Shown: piece by piece, positions 41,468 through 50,763 of the stretch
Layout: each line of letters starts with the position of its first letter
Position numbering within the stretch: position 1 is the stretch's first letter
IMG/VR virus record: IMGVR_UViG_3300037307_000400
Reading direction: 5' to 3' (one strand)
Origin: a virus
DNA length: 64,000 nt
The notes under the pieces: model-generated
Told to the model about the DNA's origin: nothing
The model's input: only the letters and a program-made list of their open reading frames with translations
Databases searched by the model: none
Program-made: the position numbers and the translations under genes

Positions 41468-41836
41468 CTACGCCTCGAAGTCGAACGCGCGCGCGTACTC
41501 GTGGCCCGTGTCCGCTCGGCAGTACCCGAGCACGCCCGTGAAGAACTCATCCTCGACGGTGATGCGCGAGATCCTGCCGAGCCGCACGCTGTAGCCTGGC
41601 GGGAGCGGCAGCGCCCGCGCTGCGTCGTGGCAGCGGTCGAAGTGACCGAAGCTCTCCGCAGACGGCGCCTTGCGCTCGCCGACCGAGTCCCAGCTCTTGA
41701 TCACCGGCAGCCGCACGCTCGAAGCCCAGCGGGCGAAGATCCACTCGACGACGGCCGACACCACGTCGTAGCCCTCGGCGTGCGCGCGCCGGATTTCCGG
41801 CGTGCCGTACTCCTCGATCCAGTCATCCATCGTCAT
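41468..41836 (-). CDS. Hypothetical protein
   Basis: ATGA-coupled to the lipoprotein gene. Confidence 0.55.
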   Translation of the reverse strand: MTMDDWIEEYGTPEIRRAHAEGYDVVSAVVEWIFARWASSVRLPVIKSWDSVGERKAPSAESFGHFDRCHDAARALPLPPGYSVRLGRISRITVEDEFFTGVLGYCRADTGHEYARAFDFEA

Positions 41837-42501
41837 GGGCACACCCCGTAGATCTCCGCCTCGAGCAGGTCGCCGACCTCGACCGCGTCCTCCCAGCGGT
41901 ACCACGCCTCGCTGTAGGGTGCGCACGCCTCCGCGTCCACCGGCAAGATTCCAGTCGAGATCGTGTTCTCGCGCGCCGCTGGGTCAACGTCCCAGGTGCC
42001 TGGCCGCAGCACGACGCCCCACGCTGCCCCGCCCGGGAACGCAGGAGTGGCCTCAAGAACGCACTCATCCCCTCGAAGCATCTGCTCCGTGTACAAGCCC
42101 AGATCCCAGATCCACTCACCGTCCTCGTTCTCAAAGGGCTCATCGACCACCCAGCGGAACGTGAACCTGTCACCGTAGGTCGGTGACGTCGCCGTCGTCG
42201 GGAGCACGAGCTGCGTCGGGAACTCGTCCGGCCCGCAGTTCGTGCCGGGCGCGCCGCCCGTGCTCTGCCCGCCACCCGTGCCGCCCGTGCTCGTCCCGCC
42301 GCCTGAGCCGCCTGAGCCGCCCGTGGCGGGCTCGACGGGCTCGACAGGCACCTCGGACCCGCCGCCCACCCCCGGCGCGCCTGGCGCGCCGCCTGCGGGC
42401 GCCACGGGCTCGTCCTGCCCGTCGAGGGGCTCGGACTCGTCAACCGGGGCGCTGCACGCCAGACCCAGCACGGCAAAGATGAAAATAAAAATCAGTTTCA
42501 T
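41833..42501 (-). CDS. Lipoprotein with Gly/Ser/Thr linker
   Basis: Lipobox VLGLAC; GGSGGSGGGTSTGGTGGG linker. Confidence 0.8.
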   Translation of the reverse strand: MKLIFIFIFAVLGLACSAPVDESEPLDGQDEPVAPAGGAPGAPGVGGGSEVPVEPVEPATGGSGGSGGGTSTGGTGGGQSTGGAPGTNCGPDEFPTQLVLPTTATSPTYGDRFTFRWVVDEPFENEDGEWIWDLGLYTEQMLRGDECVLEATPAFPGGAAWGVVLRPGTWDVDPAARENTISTGILPVDAEACAPYSEAWYRWEDAVEVGDLLEAEIYGVCP

Positions 42502-43253
42502 GGCTCCTCGCGTCTTTCTGCCCCGCCTTGGGGCCTCTCAGGTAGTACGTCCAGCCTAGGGATTCCTTCCCAGCGGCTCAAGTCGACCGGCGCGCCGACC
42601 GGCGGAGGCTCGTCCAAGTCGACCAGGGCCCAGCTCCGCGCAGGGTGGCGCTCGGCGGGCCAGAACGTGTGCAGGATGGCCAGCTCCGTCGCCACGAGCG
42701 TGTTGCGCCCGGTGCGGTAGTAGACCGTGTGCCCGAGCCCGAGAGAGTAGACCTCGCCCCCGGTCGCGCGGAAAGACTCACAGAGGAGCAACTCTTCGCC
42801 CACCAGGACTTCTGGCCAGTCTGGAATGTCCCTCGCGAAGCCCGCGACGGTCCCCCCGCGCACCCAGTCGGTGCGCCGACTGGCGCGACCCCGGTTGCAG
42901 AGCACGAGCCCGCGCGAGAACAAGATCCAGTGCGGGTACTTGCCGGTGATGCGCCCGCGCTTCGCGAACCGCGCAAGCTCCTCGAGGTAGCCCGGCCCGT
43001 AGTAGTCGTCGTCGTCGCAGAACGCGACGAAGGCGTCCTCGTCGCGCAGCTCTCGCAGCGCCACGTTGCGCGCCGCGCTCTGGTGCGCGGCGGACGTGCG
43101 ACGCATGACCCCTGCGGGGACTTCTGCGTCGAGCGCGGGCCCGTTCAGCACGAGCATGAGCCGCTTGTCCGGGTAGCGCTGACGCAGGAAGTTCTCGACG
43201 GTGGCCTGGATGTTCTCGGGGCGAGACACCGGGACCACGACTGTGATCTTCAC
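42498..43253 (-). CDS. GT2 (GT-A) glycosyltransferase-like protein
   Basis: ITVVVP, RNVAL, FVAFCDDDDYY (DxD). Confidence 0.85.
   Translation of the reverse strand: MKITVVVPVSRPENIQATVENFLRQRYPDKRLMLVLNGPALDAEVPAGVMRRTSAAHQSAARNVALRELRDEDAFVAFCDDDDYYGPGYLEELARFAKRGRITGKYPHWILFSRGLVLCNRGRASRRTDWVRGGTVAGFARDIPDWPEVLVGEELLLCESFRATGGEVYSLGLGHTVYYRTGRNTLVATELAILHTFWPAERHPARSWALVDLDEPPPVGAPVDLSRWEGIPRLDVLPERPQGGAERREEP
42502..42571 (-). promoter_or_regulatory. Divergent copy of the repeated promoter/leader unit
   Basis: Minus strand reads GGGAAGGAATCCC..GGCTGGACG-TACTAC..GCCCC-AAGGC-GGGGC..GAGGAG..ATG. Confidence 0.6.
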
Positions 43254-44086
43254 GCAGCAGAGCCCGTGAAGACGTACACGCCGATGGCGGGGTTCTCGGG
43301 GAACTGTCCGTTGCCGGTGCCCAAGACCGCGGCAAGACCTCGGTCAAGGCCCGCACCTGTGAAGTCCCAGTTGTCGCTGGAGTACGCATCCCGAGTCACG
43401 AGCAGGCCCATCTCGTCGCCCTGCGCCTCGGTGTTGTAGACGAAGTAGCCAGGACCTCCGCTAGCTCCGGGAGGCGGCATCGCTGTGCCGTTGCCGTCCG
43501 GGTAGAAGCCCTGCGAGTGAATGCCCGCAAACCCGAGCTTGCCGCCGGGGTAGTTCTCCGCAATCGGCGCCTGCCACTGACGGCCCGTCGCCGTCTGCAC
43601 CTGCACCGAGTTCACGTTGACCGTGGCAGGCTCGACCACGGGGCTCACGGGCGTCTGGATCGACTCGGTGGCGCACGGAATGACGTACCGGGGACCCGCT
43701 GTGTTCGGCGTGCCCGCGATCTGCGCGCGCCCCGGGAGCAGCCGGTTGAAGTGCGCGCCCAGTCGGTCTGTCGGGTCCGCGACCGAGTCCGCGAGCGAAC
43801 GGACGCGCCAGACGATGGAGTACTTGTAGTTCGGAATGGTGCCAGAGTAGACCGCAGGGGCGAGCCGCGGCAGCCAGAGCTTCACGCGCGCGCCCATGGG
43901 CACGGGGAGCATCGCGAGGAGCTGCGGGTCGTAGCCCGTCTTGCCCGCCTGCGCGTCACGAGAGCCCGGCAGAGCAATCGGGTTCTCGGACACCCGCAGG
44001 CCCTGGTACTTGCTCTCGAAGCCACTGAACGGGCGGAGCACAGCCGCATGGCTGAAAAGGCCCGCTGTCACTACGGTCTGGGTCAT
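43250..44086 (-). CDS. Beta-rich hypothetical, possibly structural protein
   Basis: Coupled ORF inside the glycosylation cassette. Confidence 0.6.
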   Translation of the reverse strand: MTQTVVTAGLFSHAAVLRPFSGFESKYQGLRVSENPIALPGSRDAQAGKTGYDPQLLAMLPVPMGARVKLWLPRLAPAVYSGTIPNYKYSIVWRVRSLADSVADPTDRLGAHFNRLLPGRAQIAGTPNTAGPRYVIPCATESIQTPVSPVVEPATVNVNSVQVQTATGRQWQAPIAENYPGGKLGFAGIHSQGFYPDGNGTAMPPPGASGGPGYFVYNTEAQGDEMGLLVTRDAYSSDNWDFTGAGLDRGLAAVLGTGNGQFPENPAIGVYVFTGSAA

Positions 44087-44904
44087 GTCGCTTTCTCCAG
44101 CCAGAGCATCGTGAACTCACGCTGCCCGAGCAACCTCTCAGGGCTGACGGTTCTGAGGCCGCCAGCCTCGTCAACTTCCCGCAGAGGGTACCACACCTGG
44201 ATCTCCGAGAGAAACTCCACCGGGTCCGGGTAGGCGCTCGGCGTAAATTCCATGAGGATCGTGGGCTGATGCCGCTGAATCAGCGACTTGGCACCTCGCC
44301 AGATCGCGTGCTCGAGGCCCTCGGCATCCATCTTGATGAACGACACGGGCATTTCACCGAGCGTCTCGGCGAACATCTGGTCGAGGGTGACAGTCATGCA
44401 GGTTCCGACCGAGTGCTCGCCCTCGGACTCCTGCTGGACCCGAACGCTGCCCCGGTTGTTGGAATCTCCATCCCGCGCGTAAAGGTGCATGAGCTGCATG
44501 CTGTCGCTCACAGCGACCTCGTTAACCACGCCCTTCGTCGCGAGCCCGTTAACGCGTAGACTCTCGCGCACCATCTGGGCGAGGTACCGCTGCGGCTCGA
44601 ACGCCTCGACGCCCTCGAAGAGATCTGCCAGCAGCAGCGTGTAGTAGCCCTGGTTCGCCCCGACGTCGATGGCGAGGCCTCGACCCGAGCATCGCGAGAG
44701 CGCGAGGGTCACCCAGGGCTCCCAGCACCCATCGAACACGAGGTGCGGGGCAACGCTCGTGTCGAGCGGGTCGACGTACACGAGGTACTTGCCGAGCACG
44801 CGCGCGAGCGCGCGATGCTCGCCGAGGTACGCGAACCGCGCGTTCTCACGACAGAACGCCTCGAACAGGTCACGCGGCTGCTGGAGCAGATCTCGGATGT
44901 TCAC
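44083..44904 (-). CDS. FkbM-family methyltransferase
   Basis: IDVGANQGYY, AFEP, FIKMDAEG.E, P.ILME. Confidence 0.92.
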   Translation of the reverse strand: MNIRDLLQQPRDLFEAFCRENARFAYLGEHRALARVLGKYLVYVDPLDTSVAPHLVFDGCWEPWVTLALSRCSGRGLAIDVGANQGYYTLLLADLFEGVEAFEPQRYLAQMVRESLRVNGLATKGVVNEVAVSDSMQLMHLYARDGDSNNRGSVRVQQESEGEHSVGTCMTVTLDQMFAETLGEMPVSFIKMDAEGLEHAIWRGAKSLIQRHQPTILMEFTPSAYPDPVEFLSEIQVWYPLREVDEAGGLRTVSPERLLGQREFTMLWLEKAT

Positions 44905-45260
44905 GAAAGCGTGACCTTCGGCGCCTGCGGAAGCTCGACGTGTCGCACTGCGAAGAAGATCCCTGCGATCATGTCGTAGGGGATGAAGATCCTGAGCGGC
45001 GAGCCCGCGTGCCCGAGCGTGTCGAACACGATGCCGACGTCACAGGCGCTGTTCACCGTGCCGGCCCAGACCGAGATCGGCTGAACAGACTTGCTCCTGC
45101 CGGACTCCGTCTCGACCGTCTGCTCGACGAGCGCGGCACGCCCGCAGATGATCCCGTCGGCCACTTCGACCTGCTCCATGCTCCCGTGGTTCGCCAGGGG
45201 CGCCTTGAGCTGCATGCTGACCGGGACGCCCACGAACATCTCAACTGCTTCCAAGTTCAT
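44901..45260 (-). CDS. Small beta-rich protein, possibly Sm/Hfq-like
   Basis: 'GTVNSACDVGIVF..FIPYDMIAGI' is loosely Sm-like. Confidence 0.4.
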   Translation of the reverse strand: MNLEAVEMFVGVPVSMQLKAPLANHGSMEQVEVADGIICGRAALVEQTVETESGRSKSVQPISVWAGTVNSACDVGIVFDTLGHAGSPLRIFIPYDMIAGIFFAVRHVELPQAPKVTLS

Positions 45261-46293
45261 TCCGAAACTCCTCCAACTGCTTCGACCAACTCCAAGTGGC
45301 TCGGAGCACACTAGCGTGCTCGCGCGCCTCCTCAGACTTCTGCACCCTCTGTTCGTAAGCACGAACGAGAGACGCTGCCAGATCGTCAACGCTCAAGCTC
45401 GGCGCGAGCGAGCCCTGCACGTCCTGAATCGGCTCGAGGTCGCCCGTCGGCACCGGCACGATCCCCGGGCCGTGCATGTGCTGGCTGTGCCCCGTACACG
45501 TCGTAGCGATCACGGGCGTGCCGCAGCAGCGCGCCTCGAGCGGCACGAGCCCGAAGCCCTCGCCGCGCGACGGCTGGCAGATGTAGTGCATCTGCGAGTA
45601 GAGCCGCGCCAGCTCCTGCGGCGTCATGTCCAGGCGCTGCGTCACCTGGACGTTCTTCGCAGCGAGCAGGTGAAGGTCTTCGAGCATCTCGACCGTGTCG
45701 TAGATCTGCGGAGCCGGGATGCTCAGGAACAACTGACCCGGCAGGTCAGCGAGCTTCCACGCGCGCACGAGATCGAAAGTCCCTTTCCTCGGAAGCACTG
45801 AACTCGACAGGTGCAGCACCGAGAACCACGGCAGGCGCCGCATGGGCGGAAGCTCTCCGTCAAGGTAGTGATGGCTCACCCCGTGCGGGACGACCGAAAC
45901 GCCGATGCCCGTGCCCTCGAGCAGACGCAGCATCACCTGGCGCGCCCAGCCACTCGGCACGAGGACGTGCTCTGCGTACTCCACGAGCAGATCGACGATG
46001 GGCTTGCCGATCTCGGTACTGTTCGGCGCGACCATGACGAAGGTCTTCCGGTGCTCGCCCCGTGCTTTCATGACGGGCAGCAGGTTCAGCGGCCCGAGGA
46101 AGATCCCGTACTCCGCATCAGCGCCCGTCTCAGGGCTCGTGCTCTCGTCGAGCGCGTTGCCCCAGTACTCCAGGTCGTAGCGGTGCGCTCCGAAGAACGC
46201 CTCACAGAAGCCCGACGCAACCTGCGCGTGCGAGTGCTGACCCCAGAACCGACCGTACAGCCGGACCTTCGCATCGAGATTCTTCAGAGCCAT
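45241..46293 (-). CDS. GT4 (GT-B) glycosyltransferase
   Basis: VVPHGV, RKG..L, PSRGEGFGLVPLEA..CGTPVI.T. Confidence 0.92.
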   Translation of the reverse strand: MALKNLDAKVRLYGRFWGQHSHAQVASGFCEAFFGAHRYDLEYWGNALDESTSPETGADAEYGIFLGPLNLLPVMKARGEHRKTFVMVAPNSTEIGKPIVDLLVEYAEHVLVPSGWARQVMLRLLEGTGIGVSVVPHGVSHHYLDGELPPMRRLPWFSVLHLSSSVLPRKGTFDLVRAWKLADLPGQLFLSIPAPQIYDTVEMLEDLHLLAAKNVQVTQRLDMTPQELARLYSQMHYICQPSRGEGFGLVPLEARCCGTPVIATTCTGHSQHMHGPGIVPVPTGDLEPIQDVQGSLAPSLSVDDLAASLVRAYEQRVQKSEEAREHASVLRATWSWSKQLEEFRNELGSS

Positions 46294-47555
46294 GGTGCCC
46301 CCGTCAGTTCCTGAAGCCGAGTCCGCATCCGCCGACCGACCGCCTGCAAGTTGAAGCGCGCCTCGAAGTCCGCCGAGCGCTCAAAGCGCTCAGGCACCTG
46401 CGCAGCCCGCAGCGCTGCCACCAGGGCGTCGTGGTCGGGGCGCGCCCACTGCGAGCCCTCGGGCCAACCGTAGCTCGCAGGAACCGCCTCCAGCTCGAAG
46501 GGCAGGTCGAAGTCCGCGTCGCCCGCGAAGTCCCGGGTGCCTCCGTAGGGCGTGTGGATCAAGCGGTTGCCCGCGACCTTCGCCTCGAAGGCCGGAAGGC
46601 ACCAGGCCTCGCCGCAAGACGGCGCGAGATAGATGTTGTTCTCGAAGTGCAGTCGCAAGATCTGGTCCGCCGGCAGGTGCGAAGGGTGCGTGGTGATGCG
46701 CTCCCGCGTGCGACCCCGCCAGATCGGGAACTGCTCCTCGAGCTGAGAGATCACGACCTCGAACGGCGCGTAGTCGCGCCAGAAGCCGTGCCACTTGAGC
46801 GTGAGGCTCACGTCGTCGTCCGGGTGGAACGCCGCACAGAAGGCGCGCAGGAGCCCGTGCTGGTTCTTGCGCGGCTCCCAGCGACCGATGCTGTAGAACC
46901 GCCGCTTGCGCAGGTCGACCCCCTTGTAGGCCCGGACCTGGCGCTGCGTGAACTTGGGCAGCACACCCGCAGGATCGAACGGGTGCGGGACCACGAACAC
47001 GTTCTGCACGCCACACGCGCGCAGCATGTCCGCGTTCTGCTCGCAAGGAACCCAGTTCTCGAGCACGCTCGACAGCTCCTTGCTCATTTGCGAGTCGATC
47101 CTGTCGCGCTCCCAGACCGAGTAGACCACCGACGAGCCGTACACGACCTTCCGCGCCACCATCTGGTTCTCGACCGAGTCGAGAGGGCTCGTAGTGCCGC
47201 GCAGCAGTAGCCGCCGCAGGTCCTCTGGCTTGTGAATGATGAGGTGCCGGATCGAGGGGTTGAGCTTGGAGATCGAGGTCTGGGTCAGGTCCCAGATCTC
47301 GTCGTGAACCGTCTTGGGCAGGCCCGCGAAGAGCGGCTCAGCGGCGCCGGACTCCGCGAGCACGGTCGCCGAGATCGCTCGGAGCAGCACAGGTACGCCT
47401 TGCGCCGCGAGGGCTCGAGCGTGCAGACGCACGGCCGCGGCCGAGCCGTCCGCAGGATGCTGGAAGTCGCCCTGGTAGAGCACTCCGTTCGCGTGCGTCG
47501 AGGGGCTCCCCGGCGCGAAGTAGGGACCCGAGGTCGTGCTCGTCTCGTTCTGCAT
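46284..47555 (-). CDS. GT4 (GT-B) glycosyltransferase
   Basis: SVWERD, SIGRWEPRKN, PSCGEAWCLPAFEA..G..I.T; start trimmed to MQNETS. Confidence 0.9.
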   Translation of the reverse strand: MQNETSTTSGPYFAPGSPSTHANGVLYQGDFQHPADGSAAAVRLHARALAAQGVPVLLRAISATVLAESGAAEPLFAGLPKTVHDEIWDLTQTSISKLNPSIRHLIIHKPEDLRRLLLRGTTSPLDSVENQMVARKVVYGSSVVYSVWERDRIDSQMSKELSSVLENWVPCEQNADMLRACGVQNVFVVPHPFDPAGVLPKFTQRQVRAYKGVDLRKRRFYSIGRWEPRKNQHGLLRAFCAAFHPDDDVSLTLKWHGFWRDYAPFEVVISQLEEQFPIWRGRTRERITTHPSHLPADQILRLHFENNIYLAPSCGEAWCLPAFEAKVAGNRLIHTPYGGTRDFAGDADFDLPFELEAVPASYGWPEGSQWARPDHDALVAALRAAQVPERFERSADFEARFNLQAVGRRMRTRLQELTGAPWL

Positions 47556-47557
47556 GC

Positions 47558-48145
47558 TCACCTCGTGTAGACGACGCTGTCGTCGATCTTGAACTCCCAC
47601 GAGCAGACCGGGCACTTGCACCAGTCCTCGGTGGTGACCGTGCCCGCCACGAGGATGGCGCTCTGGTCGTCGGGGTCGATCCACAGCTCGCCCGCGCACG
47701 TCCGAGTGATCGGGTTCAGGGCCCGGGACTCCTTCGTCCGCTGGTCAAGGTGCCACTTCCGATGGCTCGACCGGATGTGCATGATCGAGTCGTCGGGCGC
47801 TCGCTTGTAGGTGTAAATGCAGCGCGGGCACTGCATCATCAGCAGCAGGTCCTCTCCCTGGTTGGTCACCTCGCAGACCATCCAGTGGTTGACCGTTCCG
47901 TCCTTGGGGTGCTTGATCGCGAGCACCGCGCACGGGTGCTCCTTCCTCGAGCCGAGCTTCTTCTGGTGGATCTTCGCCTCATGAGGGTTGCTGCGCGCGA
48001 GCGCGAACTTCTGGTCCTCCTCAGCACGCCGCTTCTCCGCGTCCGCGCGCTTCGCGAGCTGCATCTTGTCGTGGCGGCCCGAGGTGCTGCCGTTCCGAAC
48101 CCACGCCGCCATCGGCGCGTGAATCTCGCGCTTCTCAGTCGTCAA
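47558..48145 (-). CDS. Zinc-finger hypothetical protein
   Basis: CPRC, CKCPVC. Confidence 0.65.
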   Translation of the reverse strand: MTTEKREIHAPMAAWVRNGSTSGRHDKMQLAKRADAEKRRAEEDQKFALARSNPHEAKIHQKKLGSRKEHPCAVLAIKHPKDGTVNHWMVCEVTNQGEDLLLMMQCPRCIYTYKRAPDDSIMHIRSSHRKWHLDQRTKESRALNPITRTCAGELWIDPDDQSAILVAGTVTTEDWCKCPVCSWEFKIDDSVVYTR

Positions 48146-48335
48146 TTTTCAGCTCCTTGCGCACGTCCGCATACTCGTCCGGGCGACGCCGCAGCCACGC
48201 GCGCAGCATCTCCCGGAACACGTCCGAGATCTTCCGGCCCTCGCGCCTCGCGATGTAGCGAAGCGCGTTCACCAGATCGGGGTGCAGCGCAACCTGCTTC
48301 AGCGGTTGGCGCCCCTTCGGTATGGGCAGAGTCAC
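48135..48335 (-). CDS. Ribbon-helix-helix regulator
   Basis: KQVALHPDLVNALRYIARREGRKISDVFREML. Confidence 0.75.
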   Translation of the reverse strand: MTLPIPKGRQPLKQVALHPDLVNALRYIARREGRKISDVFREMLRAWLRRRPDEYADVRKELKIDD

Positions 48336-48341
48336 ACCCGG

Positions 48342-48370
48342 CTTGTACCGGAGTGGTTCTCAGGCGTCAA
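48342..48370 (-). promoter_or_regulatory. Sigma70-type promoter for the RHH gene, likely leaderless
   Basis: TTGACG-17 nt-TACAAG, with the GTG start 6 nt downstream. Confidence 0.65.
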
Positions 48371-48678
48371 GCCGAACGAACGCCCATGCGCGAGAGTTGG
48401 TAGAGCACGAGGCCCGTGAGTACCGCCGTGATTGTACCCGAGATCACAGCGGGCACGACGTCACCCTTCCAGTCGATGCTGGTGCGCGGGGCCTCGCCCT
48501 CTCCGAGCGCGAGCCGGCGCGGGCCCGCGAGCAGCGGGTTCTCGCCCCAGCCCGGAACCGGCGCCGACATCCACCCAGAGCTGCCTGCGTGGAACGGCGA
48601 GTCGGGGACGTAGGTCGAGTAGTAGGGCGTGCGAACGCCCGTGTAGCTGCCCAGGGAGCCGTTGCAGGAGCACGTCAT
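48367..48678 (-). CDS. Tail-anchored virion protein candidate (NGSLGS)
   Basis: MTCSCNGSLGS start; C-terminal TM. Confidence 0.65.
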   Translation of the reverse strand: MTCSCNGSLGSYTGVRTPYYSTYVPDSPFHAGSSGWMSAPVPGWGENPLLAGPRRLALGEGEAPRTSIDWKGDVVPAVISGTITAVLTGLVLYQLSRMGVRSA

Positions 48679-48680
48679 GG

Positions 48681-49459
48681 TCAGGCCTCGAACTCCACGT
48701 CCACGACGCGCGCGAGGAAGCGCACGCCCTGTCCCTGCACGAGCACGCACTGCTGGAGCGCGCCCGTGCCGCCCGTCGTCGGCAGCTCGACCTGGAGCGC
48801 CGCGATCACGACGCCCGAGAAGTCCGGCGCCCACTGCGGGACGCGAACGCGCCGGCCGAAGTTGTTCGGGTCGCCGGGGGCGACCTCGCGCGTCTTGGCT
48901 GGATCGTTGCTGTAGTAGAAGCCCGTCGTGCTCGTCACCGAACTCGGCGCGCCCGCGGAGAAGACCACGGGCCCTCCGCTGAGCACAGGCGTGCCCGCCG
49001 CTGTGTACGCAACGCTCCTGGGAAGGACTGGATCTCCGTCTGTAAGTGCCATTACTCGACCTCCTCAACGTCTGCCGGGAGCGCGATGTACGAAAAGCTC
49101 GGCGTCTTGACGACGACGACCGGCGTCAGCGGGCCCGTGTTGTTGACAGTGCCCAGCTCGAGGTCGAGCTGCTGCACGCAGACGCCTCTGAACTCGGGCG
49201 GCTTGCCCTTGAGTTGCACCGTCCGGCCCTCCAGCCCGGTGCCCGTGTAGAACTCGCACCGTCGCAGACCCTGGGGCGCGAAGCCGCCCGCGGGCCGCCC
49301 CGACGTGCCGTCATTCCAGAGCACCTCTTGGGGTGAGGAGCAGAAAGTTCCGAGGAGTACGCCGTCCGGGCAGAGCGAGCCCACCGTCAGGTCTGCCACA
49401 CCGCCCTCTGCGTTCACGACTGCGGCGGGCGTGACCGTCATTCCATCCGAAAATGCCAT
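48681..49459 (-). other. Two beta-rich putative structural genes (48681-49052, 49052-49459)
   Basis: Coupled ORFs, Val/Thr/Gly-rich alternating strand patterns. Confidence 0.55.
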
Positions 49460-50016
49460 CAGGATTCTCCGTAGATCGTCTTGAGCAGATCATACGCGAT
49501 CTGCACGTCCTTGTACCGCTTTTCGTCGCCCCCGTCACGATCCGGGTGGAACTTCGCCGAGAGCGCGCGGTGCGCCTTGCGAACGTCGTCCCAGCTCGCG
49601 GACTCGTCGACCCCGAGCACGCCCCGGGCCCACCAGGACTTCTTCAGCGCCTCGGCGCGACGGTCGGGGGTCGGCTGCGGGCGCTGCTTGGGCTGCGCGA
49701 CCTTCGAGACGCAGAGGTAGCAGATCAAGTCACCGTTCGAGTCGACGAACGAGTGCTCAAGGCACGCGGGGCGCCGGCACGCGATGCACTGGTCAACGGC
49801 GACCCGCTGGCACGAGCCCACGGGCTGTCCGCCATCGTAGTGCGGGACCTGGCAGGGCATCTGCGCGGCGGCCTGCGGCAGCCACTTGAGCGCGCCGTTC
49901 TGCGCGATCTTAGCCAGCCACGGCTTGAGCTGCTCCCAGAGCAGACCCTGCCCCGTCACTGCGGAGGCGCCGTTGCCCAGCCCGACGAGACTCCCGAGGG
50001 CCTCGAAGGGGAACAT
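49459..50016 (-). CDS. Zn-finger + C-terminal DnaJ-domain protein
   Basis: CxxC..C..H cluster; VLGV..VRKAHRALSAKFHPD..AY..L. Confidence 0.85.
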   Translation of the reverse strand: MFPFEALGSLVGLGNGASAVTGQGLLWEQLKPWLAKIAQNGALKWLPQAAAQMPCQVPHYDGGQPVGSCQRVAVDQCIACRRPACLEHSFVDSNGDLICYLCVSKVAQPKQRPQPTPDRRAEALKKSWWARGVLGVDESASWDDVRKAHRALSAKFHPDRDGGDEKRYKDVQIAYDLLKTIYGES

Positions 50017-50243
50017 CACGCCTTCTTCAGCACCTTGGTGAGCAGGAACGCTCCGCCGCCGAGGATCAGGACGTACTTGAGGGCCGACCACATCGGGCTC
50101 GTGTTCGGAGCGGACGTCGGAGCCGCGTCGCTGCCACAGCCGCAGCCCCCGAGCGAGCCACTGCGCACCACGGCGCCACCGAGGGAGCCATCCTGGTACG
50201 CCGCACCCAACGACCCATCACGAACGCTTGCCAACGTGCTCAT
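50016..50243 (-). CDS. Small tail-anchored protein with three G-SLG repeats
   Basis: DGSLGA, DGSLGG, SGSLGG; C-terminal TM followed by KK. Confidence 0.7.
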   Translation of the reverse strand: MSTLASVRDGSLGAAYQDGSLGGAVVRSGSLGGCGCGSDAAPTSAPNTSPMWSALKYVLILGGGAFLLTKVLKKA

Positions 50244-50443
50244 TTGAAAATTCCCTTCAGACTCGGAGCGTACTTGTTCCCGAGGTAAACGCCAGCCCCG
50301 AGCGCGAGGATGGCCCAGGCCCATGCCGGGATGCCCGCGCGCTGCTCGTCGGGCGACAGCCCGAGGAACGAGAGCGCTACACCCTTGGGGTTCTGCATCG
50401 CCCCCACGCTCGAGAGCATGCCCGTCAAGTCGCTCGGGTTCAT
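50240..50443 (-). CDS. Small membrane protein
   Basis: WAWAILALGAGVYLG followed by a basic tail. Confidence 0.7.
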   Translation of the reverse strand: MNPSDLTGMLSSVGAMQNPKGVALSFLGLSPDEQRAGIPAWAWAILALGAGVYLGNKYAPSLKGIFK

Positions 50444-50452
50444 CTGCCTGCC

Positions 50453-50572
50453 TTACCGCTTTCGGAGAAACCAGAGGGCGAGCGCGAGCACCGCAGCGCC
50501 GATGAGCACCTTGTGAGTCGTGGTGACCTCACCGAGTCCATCGGGAGTCCCTGCCACTGCGAGCGGCCTCAT
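50453..50572 (-). CDS. 39-aa tail-anchored protein missing from the ORF track
   Basis: Manual translation MRPLAVAGTPDGLGEVTTTHKVLIGAAVLALALWFLRKR*; ATG overlaps the upstream TGA. Confidence 0.75.
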   Translation of the reverse strand: MRPLAVAGTPDGLGEVTTTHKVLIGAAVLALALWFLRKR

Positions 50573-50748
50573 CGCTTCCTCATGGTGTAGAAGAGGAACG
50601 CCGCGATGCCGAGGAGGGCCCACGTCATCGGCGCCTTGAAGTCGATGCCGCTCGTGCCCGTTCGCACCAGCGGCTGGCTGCCAGGCACCGCGGGGGTGAC
50701 CGGCGCCATGGTCTGGGGCGAGAAGTAGGCTCCTACACTGCTCTGCAT
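50569..50748 (-). CDS. Small tail-anchored protein
   Basis: SD GAGGA; WALLGIAAFLFYTMRKR. Confidence 0.75.
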   Translation of the reverse strand: MQSSVGAYFSPQTMAPVTPAVPGSQPLVRTGTSGIDFKAPMTWALLGIAAFLFYTMRKR

Positions 50749-50763
50749 GGTGTCCTCACTCAG

